Shown in pieces: positions 1-10,397 of a stretch of DNA of 62,859 nucleotides; the stretch's first letter is position 1, and every line of letters starts with the position of its first letter. Under the pieces are notes generated by a model. The model saw only the letters and a program-made list of their open reading frames with translations. It did no database searches and had not been told where the DNA came from. Made by a program: the position numbers and the translations under genes. This DNA is from Pelomyxa schiedti (Eukaryota > Protista > Evosea), in contig JAHLWZ010000069.1 in the NCBI GenBank assembly GCA_020536535.1, forward strand, positions 1-62,859, read 5' to 3'.

Positions 1-607
1 ACCCACTTAGCCCATAGAGAAACAGCCCCGTTTTACAACGTACCATCGCCGTTTGGTTGTTGTGAGGCCATCACTGTTCGTTTGTTCGCTGGGAATCTGT
101 TGCCTTCACTGATTTTTTTTTTTCGGTGTGATTGTTGCGTTGCAATCGATTGTAGACAGATCTGTTTCGTTTTGTTCTAGGAAAAAATCTTGTTGTGTTT
201 CGTAACTGCAGAAGCACCAACACAAGCAGTGAAGTAGAGACTTGTTTTAGTATTCTTTTTTTTTTTTGCAAGGTTAAGGATAATTACTATAGTAATAGAT
301 ACACTAGCCACCACATCCACCACAGCCACCACCCCCACATCCTGAGCAGCTGCTGCCACCACCCCCGCTGCCAGAGTCTCCAGCAGCACCAGAACAGCCG
401 CTGCAGGCACCCCCTGTGCTGCATCCAGAGCATGCAGTGCACACGCCGCATGATGAGCAAGCGGTGCAGGACGAGCAGGAGGCGCTCACTGCCGCGCCGG
501 TGACGAGCGGGGTGGTCTCGGTTGTGGAAGAAGGCGAGGGAGTCCGCAGCTTCAGGTCTTCGTGGTAGCGGTCCTGCCATAGGCGTGCAAACTCTATCTT
601 GGCTGCC
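1..607. repeat. Diverged duplicate of 38804-39379 (3' end of the DUF1399/GRDP-like gene plus first exon of the ankyrin-F-box-GTPase gene); probable alternate haplotig
   Basis: Near-identical by eye to 38804-39379, with SNPs and small indels including about 30 extra bp in the Gly/Cys tail. Bounded by the window start and a 100-N gap. Confidence 0.92.
304..607 (-). CDS. Partial last exon of GRDP/DUF1399-like protein, second copy (Cys/Gly-rich tail)
   Basis: Reads ...SASCSSCTACSSCGVCTACSGCSTGGACSGCSGAAGDSGSGGGGSSCSGCGGGGCGGCGG*, the same frame as 39103-39381. Confidence 0.75.
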
Positions 608-707
608 NNNNNNNNNNNNNNNNNNNNNNNNNNNNNNNNNNNNNNNNNNNNNNNNNNNNNNNNNNNNNNNNNNNNNNNNNNNNNNNNNNNNNNNNNNNNN
701 NNNNNNN

Positions 708-828
<121 letters not shown>

Positions 829-829
829 C

Positions 830-3782
830 CAGGCTTGAGTTTTTGGTGTTTGAAAGTGCATTACAAACCTTATATCGGGCAGCCTCGATGAGGTGAGTTT
901 TTATGGTTCCCCAGAAATGTTCTATTCGCTTGACATTCAATAGTGCTGTGTCCATTAGCCTGGCTAAGGAGTAATTGGTAATTCCCTGGAACAATATGAA
1001 AATTTATCAGGCTTCCGCATACATACCACTGTTATATCAGATGAATCTGTCAGAGATGTTCCACTTTTCAGTGTCTGCTTAGATAACCTAACAAGTTGTT
1101 GTAGGAGCTGTTGAAGGGAGTGCGTGTCCAAGTTGACTGTGCTGTCCCATAAAGACGAAAGGGCAGAACGTATCACTGTTAGATCGTTGGGATTGTTCAT
1201 GTCCTTTGAAAGAAAGAATGTGAGATCAAACGAACAACAGTCAGGAAAAATTGCCCACTTCCAATGTGGACTTCTCAGTGACTGAAAACAGTAAATGAAT
1301 TTGTTCAAAAGTTTTCAGGACTATTCCCCAGCCGCCTTCCAAAATGTTTCCCATACAATGAGCAATATTAAGTAAGGTCTGTATTGTTCAGGGATAGTAT
1401 TGAGTCTTTTGGCAGGTACAACCTTAACGGACATGACATTTTTGGTTGTAAGCATTCCCTGATCTTGAACTTCAGGTAGGGCATTCCTTTGGGGAAATGA
1501 GTTAAGGTGCCCTTTTGATATTAAATAATGTAGTTTGTTACTTGCACAATGCAGTCAAGAATGCATCACGGGGAGTGTTGAGATGGAAGGATCCCATTGA
1601 GAAAACGAGACCTTCAAACGCTTTGAAGATCACTTGGGATACTATTTCTTCTTCATTTTTATCAAGAACTAGTGTGAGACTAGAGAGTGCGATAGGCCAC
1701 ATATCATTGGCTAGTGTTGCCAATGTCTATTGAAACGAGTCAGACCAGCTAATAAACTTAAGATACCGCAAATTTTGAGTCTGTGGGGGTAATGTTTCTT
1801 GCAATGTCATTGAGTGTAGAGCCGAGAGCAAGAATGCAACTCAGAGATACACAAACAACATAGCCACCCTTTATCAGTGGAGGGGATGTCAGTGAGTGGG
1901 CATCCAAACTGTGGTGCAACAGTCTTTAACAATATTTCAATGAAAAGAAAGGAGAAAAAAAAAGTAGAGTGAAGAAGGCCAAAAAAAAAAAAAAAGGACA
2001 AAGGGAGAACAAAATAGTGGAAAACAGAAAAATCTATGGAGGACTTGCCATTTAAACTTCGAGGCCATTGCCTCTGCGATATGAACTTCAGGCCACACTA
2101 GTTGGGGGTTCCTGATGAATTTGCCAACGCCATTGACAACATCATGAAGTAGACTGGTGTAGCCTGTTCCCCTCATGTCAAAAATCGAAAAAATTGAGCT
2201 GCAGAACTATTAGCTCTTGAAATGTGATGTGCAGTGCCACCAAACGAGTTTCTTGTCCATCAAAAAAATGCGGAAAGTTTCAAAAATAAGAACTCTCACC
2301 CAGTCCACAGTTTCCATTAAATCTAGTATCTTTAGCAATCGTATCACCAGAACTTCAGTTTCTGTCACCTGAAAGACTTAGATAGAGAGTACAAAGTGTC
2401 ATTTATACCCAAATGGAGGAAAATTGAGTGACGAACATGCAGATAACTCTCATTAAACGCACACTAAATTGGAAATCAGTGCCCAAATGCATGAAGCTGC
2501 TTATCAACAGTGGACAAACTCGGTCTGGGAGAAGCTGTCTGAATTCAGGAATCTGTAGAACGCCGTGTTGAGAGGCATGCGGGAGGTGTTTCCTCAAACC
2601 TCAGTAAACATTTGAGATCGTTGCAGTATAATTTCAAGTAGTTCAAATCCAAATGTAGGTGTGAGCTGATTGAACAACAAAAAAGACGGGGGATCCCCAG
2701 CTGATAAAGAGCATATGTCCTATGTCATTTCTCAATGAAGGAGATATGTACAGGTACTTCATCGTTTCATACCTGAACTAGAAGGTAGGCATCCTTTATA
2801 CAAGGCTGGAACGATGCTAGAATACGTGAACTTGACCTCTGAGGAGCTGCAGCAGAAGTGGGCTGGGGTAGGTGTTGGTGAGTGGTGTCTTGTGTTTGTT
2901 GGTGATTAGGTTGTGATTGTGCTTGTTGTGGAATCTGAGCAGCTCCTTTACCTGATTGGAAATTTATTTAAGTGCGTGTCAAAGAGAAGAGAATATTACT
3001 TTTAGTGTATTCCCCTACCGCTCTGGTGAGTGTTAAGTTAGGAAAATGACCAGAGAATGCTGTGGGCCAACCTATCGAATAAAAGACCAATGACCATCGG
3101 TAAGGTAGCAGATGCTGTACTCCTAACAGATTGGCCACCTCTCGCATGTAATGTAAATGATATTTCGAGTGCCTTTTTGAGATGTTGGTAATTCCACCTT
3201 TATTTTTAAGAGACCTGAGCCAAAAGAGTTCCATGCAATTGCTTATCAGTAGAAATAAGTGTAGTTAAAGCTTGCAGAACTTTAACTTGCAGCTCTTCTG
3301 AAGAGTGGTCTGTAAGTGTGCCAAAAAGTTTTAAAAATACTCCAGTGTTGTGCTACTAGTTTGTAAGAGGAAAAAACCGAGGGGGTCCACAACCTGCGAA
3401 ACTGCACATGCGGAAAAAAGTTTTTGAGTCAGAGACACAGCAATGGAAACTAGTTTCATGTTTCTGGTCTCGAACGAACCCGTTATGACCAACACAATTT
3501 CGTCACATTTGGCCATTTCTGAAAGCACATTCAAATCAATCCAGGTATGCAAATGTGATGCTATTACCATCAGTGAACCTCTCGTGTGGAAGTTTTTCCA
3601 GAACTCGCATTCTCAATAGCACTCTTTCCGCAGCCTCAAAGAAGAAAAAGCAAAAGAATACACAAGCATTTAATGGTCATTTGTTGTTGTGCTTTACTTA
3701 CGTCCTTTAGAGCAGGGTTCTTTTTCTTTGCCTCCATAGACAAAGCACGCAGTTCGCTCTGCACCAACGAAAACGGGTTCAT
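830..3782 (-). CDS. MON2: MON2 homolog (Arf-GEF-like scaffold; DCB and HUS regions), multi-exon, 3' end lost in the gap
   Basis: Starts MNPFSLVQSELRALSMEAKKKNPALKD. Later exons include SFETRNMKLVSIAVSLTQKL, QLLPDRVCPLLI, DFQFSVRLMRVI, MWPIALSSLTLVL and PRDAFLTALCK, matching the MON2 N-terminal pattern. Confidence 0.85.
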
Positions 3783-3970
3783 CGTCAGCCACTTCCTACC
3801 TCTGATGATTTTTTAAAGGTTTTTGATTTTGTTCTTCCAACGATGGTGATGGATCTGTTCCGCAGGGGACTACTGCCAATCAGCAAAAAAGGGAAGAACA
3901 GAGCGGTGACAATTTGGGTTTTTATTTGTGTTCTTTTCTTGCTTTGGTTGTTCAAGGGCATTCTTGGGAC

Positions 3971-6243
3971 TTAACTGGAGTTGAATTCTGGGATGGGGAT
4001 TGCTAGGGCTGTCATTATGGCTTCCATGATGGCATCTGTTTTCTCAAACACCCTCAGCACACAATCGTTGTCAAACCTGATAGAGGAGTGTGAGCCTCAT
4101 GGAAAATAAAATGAAGAGCAGGGAGGTAAATACGGTGTTTTCTGGAGGTTGCAAATAACCAGCTGCCTTGCGAGTGGTGGCATGTCGCATGCGGGATGAA
4201 CGCGCATTGATGTGCCAAGAACAAGTGCGAGGTCGGCTTTCCTACTCTCGGCGAGAGCAAGTTGAGTTGTTACAACAGGCAGAGATTCACCGAAGTTTCT
4301 GGGGGATGGTAATGTGAGTCGTTTTCCAGAGGTGAATGATTGGCTCATACATGATGCTATCTATAAGGTAACCATCACAGCCAGGTTTGCTGCATAGTCT
4401 TCCTGTAGCATGGGGATCATAAGCATACAACTCGGTGTTTTTAGTGTTGCCCACATCAAACGTTCTCTGGTATTCGGTTTTGCATTTTTTGCAGTGCTCA
4501 ATGTAGCAGTTGCCTGAAACAAAAATGTTCAGGATAACTTACTGTGAGAGCAGGACAAACCGTGCAGTTCGGAAATCTTGTCAGCAGGGATTCCAGATCG
4601 GCGGTGAAGCCCATCCACATTTGTACTTACAACATACTTGATTACTCCCCTGGTGACCAACTCGGACATTGCCATGTGAGCTTTGGTAGGCTTTGCTTCC
4701 TCAAGGGTAATATCCATCTTAGCATGCTCACCCCTATCGCGCATGGTCCAGACCCCTTGTGGTCCTCGATAGTCAGGAATGCGAGCCGATGTTGAAATTC
4801 CTGCTCCGGTATAGACAACAATGTATGAGGAAGCTCGGATGAGACTTATAAGCTGCTCCATCTTGGTCTGAAAGACGGCTGGAAAAGGTAGGTTGACAAA
4901 AGGAAGTAAGGAAAAAAGTATTTACCAGGTTTATCAAAAAATTCAGTGATTTCCTCTTCGGTGGAATGACCATATCCAGTCTTACCTCCCTAAAAGACAG
5001 TTTTGTGAGAGGAAAAAGAAAATAATAAAGTAGCATACTGGGGGAGCTGCTGCAGAATCGGTGGGTGTGGTAGTGGCAGTTGGAGTGGTGGTTGTTGTGG
5101 TACTTGTTGGAGTTGGGGTAACAGGTGTAGTTTTAACTGGAGGGGTATCATCAGGTGCATTTGCATCCATTACCAATTTAGTAATGGCACCATTGGCGGT
5201 CTCGTAGTCTTCAACAGTTTTTTCAACCAGAGAGCCTGACGCCAATTGGAAGGCAAATCCTCCATTGTTAACCTTAGCAGGAATAGCGTGCACTGTAGAG
5301 CCGACAAGTATTCTGACATTTTTACAGCATTTGACCACAAAAACGCATGGAGAGGCCCAGTCAGCAGGAACAGAAACATCCACGGACAAGGAATCCTATC
5401 AAAGATGTCTATTGGAGATGAAGAAGTACAATAGGATATACCTCGAGAACAACGGTTGGCACATTGTTGTGAAGAACGAATCGAGCATCAGAGCAGCCGT
5501 GGATGTGCAGTATTCCCCTTTGCAGGCGTGCAGCAACAGTTATCATACATTGCTCGCAATGGCTAGCTGCCAGTTCCACCAACTCTCCACTGGGTAGAGA
5601 CACAACACAGTGTTTGCAGTTGTTGAACAAAAGGGCGTCAGGGAGCCTGGGTTTGATTAGAATGGGGGAAAAAAAAACAAGGACAACACACGTGCAATCA
5701 GCTATGGTAAGTTCTTTGTTCCTCTCCCTCAACACTGTAAGCTTACACCCAGACGGAGTGGTAGTAGACGGCACTGTGACTTCAGCGGCCATTGGAGGTG
5801 GCGTAGAAAACTTCGCGTCACGTGCAATATTGCCCAGGGGCCTCAAGGACTAGGGGGAGGGTGTAAAAAATCATAAACACAAAAGGAGGAGGCAAACCCT
5901 GTGCTCAATATAGCTGTCGCATTCATAGCACCAGAAGCTCATGTCGGCGAAAGACAACCCCACTGGGTGGTGTGTCTGCTCAAAGTGCCTGGCAGCGTGG
6001 CCCTTCACGTATCGGCTGCAGTTTTGTTCAAAGCAGGTTGCACAAATCCAGTTTTCGTTGGTATCACCGCACGCAGCGCACGGAGCTCCATCTTAGGTGA
6101 GGAAAACCTGGTCAGTAACTGCAAGACTTGTGCAGTGTAGTGGCTGGGAACATACATTGGATTGACTCGGGCATGGCTTCGCGACGGAAAGCCCGAGCTA
6201 CATGTGGGCAGTCTCTCTTAGGAGTAACAGCGAATCCTTGCAT
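3971..6243 (-). CDS. Class IV (SIRT6/7-like) sirtuin with N-terminal ZnF-UBP domain and central CAP_C-like beta-helix
   Basis: ZnF-UBP: FAVTPKRDCPHV...CAACGDTNENWICATCFEQNCSRYVKGHAARHFEQTHHPVGLSFADMSFWCYECDSYI. Sirtuin: EFFDKP...YTGAGISTSARIPDYRGPQGVWT, STNVDGLHRRSG, ELHGN, NFGESLP, LGTSMRVHPACDMP, ICNLQKTP. The domains join through in-frame GT-AG junctions. Confidence 0.88.
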
Positions 6244-6510
6244 GAGTCGGTTTTTTTTTGTTTTTTGGTTTTGTTTCTTCAACGGGTTAGTGTTGGTTGT
6301 TTTTTTTTTGTTTTATTTGTTTGTTTACAGTGTGGAATTCGACACCAGACCAGCAGGGGATTTAATAACCCTCCTGGCAATTGGACACTGCCCTGGAGAG
6401 TGAATTTCAGCGATTGAAAGGGGTCCAATTGGCCAATTGAATAATTCATCGTTCCAAGGCATTTTACACAAAACATCAAAATCTCTTGCTAGAGACGTAC
6501 ACTCTCCACG

Positions 6511-7031
6511 ATGCCCGCCTACGTAATTGTCGAGTCTGAGGTCCACAACGCGGCCCAATTTATGAAATACGTGCAGGCATCTCCTGCCACTCTTGCCAAC
6601 GTAAGATCTTGCATTGCTGTTTTGTCATTTGTTTTATTTTATTTTATTTTATTTTATTTCGACATTCTTGCATTCCTTGGTTGCTGGTTGTTCACTCTGT
6701 CTATGTAGTTTGGTGGTAGGTTTATTGTGAGAGGAGGGCCTGTCACTCCTATTGAAGGCACATGGGACCCCAAGGTTTTCTAATACTGTTCTATGATCCT
6801 GAATATAAATTTTTTTTTAACCCCGTTGGGTTTAAGTTTAACGTCAGTAGAGGCTCACAGTTATTGAGTTCCCGACAATGGCGGCTGCCCAAGGGTGGTA
6901 TAACTCTCCGCAGTATGTCGGTATGAAGATATTTGCACTGTATTTTAATAACCACTTACTTCTCCACAGAGGCACGAAAGTTGCGTGAAGGAGCAGCCAC
7001 ATTCAAGCTTGTCATGGTTGAGGGAGTTTAA
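6511..7031 (+). CDS. DUF1330 family protein (bacterial-type dimeric alpha/beta barrel), 4 exons
   Basis: Spliced product MPAYVIVESEVHNAAQFMKYVQASPATLAN-FGGRFIVRGGPVTPIEGTWDPK-RLTVIEFPTMAAAQGWYNSPQYV-EARKLREGAATFKLVMVEGV*, which has the GGRFxVRGG, IEFP and WYxSPxY motifs. Confidence 0.9.
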
Positions 7032-7260
7032 AGTTTTTTTTATGTTTCCTCAATACAAAGAGCCTTTTCATTTTTATCCCATTCAGCATTAATTCCCTGT
7101 CATGTGCTAGTTGTTATTTATACAAGTGGGAGTCAGATTTGTTGAACTGTTCCCACCGCCGGCAGCCACCTCACAAGTGGAGAAAAGCAGCCCCAGTTAC
7201 GTCGTACGAACAAAAACAATTTCTTTTTCTTTGAACAGTGTGATACAGCACAATGCAACA

Positions 7261-8981
7261 TCACGATTTTCCCTTGCGGCGGCGGCGATTGTTCGGTGTT
7301 GTACACGTTTTTAGCGGTGGGGGTTGTTGACGCTTGTGTACAGGGGCGGAGGCGATGCCCCTCTTTCCGGTGCTTTTGGCGTCGTCCATTGCGCTTGTGT
7401 TGTCGGGCTTGAAACAACACTGGTCGTCAATCGCCGCAACGTGTATATCCAAGGGCAGAGTCTCGCCAGTTGCTACACTTGATGGCTCAGAGCAGGTTGA
7501 GGCTGTGGAGGAGGGAGAGGTAGGTGTCTGGACAGAACCTGGCCCAGTGAGGTTCAGGCCACGAAGTGTGAGAACGCGAATGTTTTGCAGGGACTCTGGC
7601 TGTTGACCATGTCAATTACAGTTGCAACGGCTTCTTGGGGGCAATGGAACATTGTTAAGTGGGTTCCGGGAATGGTGTTTGACTTGAGTACCAGTTTCAG
7701 GGTGATGTTGATAGCCTTCAGCAGGGTGTCTATCCTGGTGGGCTGTCCAGTTTTGCAGTGGACATTTATTGTCTCAGCGTGGCACCCTCCTACTGTAGAT
7801 ATCTTCTCCATGATCCGGTTACAGTTTGGCGACAGGTTGATAGACAAGTCGGAAACTCTCATAGCATACAGAGGAATCTGCAACTTACTGATTTTCCAGG
7901 CATAGAGATCACGCTTTCGGGGGGGACACAGGTCTAATGACGTTCCGCACCAGGCAACACGTTCAACAGATTCAACAATTGCTTTCATCTCTCTTGACAC
8001 TCTAGCCCCCTCAAAGTCACTCTTAGACTCCCTCAGACACAGAAGCACCTTGGTGGTGGTCAGAAACAAAAGCCTACACCCTACCTCAAGAGAATGCACA
8101 ACATACAAGTTGCCATGCTGTTCTGAAGTGCACAAGGTCAGATGGCAGGGGTTGATTTGACTCCTTGCTGATCTCTGTTGTCTCATTGGTGCTAATGGAT
8201 GAAGACTCCTCTTGAGGTGGAGATGGACTAAAGAGAAGCTTGTCTCCATCATCGTAATCAGCTAAATCAGCGGGTATCTCGAACTCTCCAGCCTTTGGTG
8301 CCTCCAGAGTGAGAAGCGGTGCAGGCTGATGGAAGTCAGGTTAAACTGAAATGTATTTATCAGACACCTTGGGTGTCGGTGACCAGTCACCTTCAAAGAC
8401 CAGAGGTTTATCAGCTGAGGCAGCCAGTATGGCCTCTTCATCAAGTTCAAAGTCTGGCTCCAAATAAAAGTCTGAGTTGTCATCACTTGAAGCTTCTTCA
8501 TAACCCTCCTCTGCCTGAGGGTAGTAATCCACATAGCCTTCGGTTGCATCACTCTGTGCAGGGTTAGAAAGTGCTGGAAATTGGGTGTAACACAAACCTC
8601 TGGCTCTCTTGGCTTTACAAGTCTTCTTTTCAGAAAATTTCGAACTGAGTACTTGCGCTGGAGCTCATGTGTGCGGCTCCAAGAAAGAAGCGCGTTGGAC
8701 CTGGTTATTCCTGGAGGAACTTCCCCTTGTTTGAGCAGAAAATCCCACGCATCCTTTCCTGGCTGGTGATATCGATTGTGCTTCCGGAAATTGGAGCTCA
8801 GTTTGGCAGTGCACCTGCGTTCATCTTTGAGGAAGAGAACAGCTACAAGGTTCGTGGCCAACAAAGGTTCCCACGAGCCGGTGCCGACTGCGCGCCTGAA
8901 GTGCGGCTCCCCCTGTATCTGCGAGAAGGTCCACATCACGGGACCGACAGGTGCGGGTTTCGGAAAGCCGGCTCCTTGCAT
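7261..8981 (-). CDS. Hypothetical protein with acidic linker, basic C-terminus and a possible Ski/Dach-like N-terminal motif
   Basis: Chain of long ORFs (8262-8981, 8341-8595, 7554-8252, 7261-7452) separated by intron-sized gaps. Acidic stretch EEGYEEASSDDNSDFYLEPDFELDEE; C-terminal NRRRRKGKS. Confidence 0.55.
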
Positions 8982-10397
8982 CTGTTTTGTTTTCGAATAA
9001 AAGGGCCCTTGTTGTTTATTGATTGCGCCCTGTTGTTTATTGCATGAGTGAATCTTGCCGAAGCTTCGGTGAGATCCTGAAAATCAGCAACCGGTTTCGC
9101 AGGTACAGAGTGACCAGATCTGGGAACTGAGTCCTTGAGGAGTGGCTGGAATGGCGTAGTTGTTGCTAATCAAGGAGTGCTTGCATTCTCTCATCAGTGT
9201 GCATTCGACCTGTTTCCCACCATTTCTAATGGTGAGCTCCGGCTTTCTTAAATAGAAAAGCTATTCACAATTGCTTTTTCTGCGTTTCTTGTTGATTAAT
9301 AACCAGAAGCCGGCATGTTTTTATATTGATAAAAACAATTTAAAACATTATTTGATGTGAAACAGTGCGGTGCTGCGCGATCTGATTGACGTCTGCGGCT
9401 GTGTCGCTTTTTTTCCCTTTTTCGTTTTCTCCGCGTTTTCTCTAGTCTTGTTGATCCCTAACTAACAGTTTTAAGAGGCCACCTCGCAATACAATAGTTA
9501 CAGGGGAGTGGGAGAGTGGGGCGGGGCTTGGCGACTGACTCCCGCCTTTGGTCCGATAACGGCCTGGCTGCTGGAACTGCGCCCTTTATTTTTCGTGTAT
9601 TTCGGTTTTGTTATTGCCTGTCTTTATTGTGGGGCCAGTGACTGACTCCCACCCTCGGACCAACAACGGCCTGGCCGCTGGAGCCAAGTCCCAACCTGCT
9701 GGGGGTTGGTAGCGCTTAGACAGACAACAGATAGATAGATAACAGAGACATCTACTCGGTGCATAGCAGTACGTGAGACAACGAAGCACTAACACTTCAG
9801 CCAATGTATATTTTAGTACTTGGTATTTTCTTGCTAACTTCTGTTTTAGATTTGCCGGTTCATCACTTTGGTAGTCTTCCGGTAGTACTACGTGCTGTTA
9901 CTTGTATTTTCCGGCCTCTTCAGGTTGTTTGATCGAGTTTCTCCTTTTCTTACATCTGTTTAAAGGTGTTCGGCTCTTTTTGGCTCTGATTCACACTCAA
10001 CCTTGTTTGTTCTTCCTGAAAGAAAATACAATTTTCTTCCAACACAGAATAGCTTTTCTTTTTTTTTTTTCGTGTAGTTTGACAGGTAGGGTGAACAATT
10101 GTCGTGCATAGTTCACAATGATGGTGGGTTTTGATGGAACATTTACTGGGTGAGCAACACCACCTGGAATTGCGGATAAAAGGTTATTAATTTCGATGAG
10201 AGATTCTCCTGCACTATTGCGGCAATCCTTGTGCTTTGGCTTGCAAACAATTGTTAAATTTGCACCTCCCTTAGGAGAAAATTTTATTATTCCTCTTATG
10301 TTTTGCTAGCAAGGCAAAATACATTCATGGATGGAGACTTGGGACATAACAGCGTCTGCCCCAGGTACATAGTACCCCGTTTCCATGCCCAATTTCC

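Noticed and set aside
608-707. Terminal duplications (1-607, 61813-62859) as real segmental duplications or element ends
   Set aside because: Both are separated by exactly 100-N scaffold gaps and match different internal loci; misplaced haplotigs are the simpler explanation.
6092-6108. In-frame TAA suggesting stop-codon reassignment
   Set aside because: It is removed by using the AAG acceptor at 6092, and TAA, TAG and TGA all terminate conserved genes in this window.
6350-6365. CCAGCAGGGGA(T/A)TTAA shared with 52827-52842, both upstream of genes
   Set aside because: One 15/16 match is expected by chance in 63 kb; it needs genome-wide enrichment testing.
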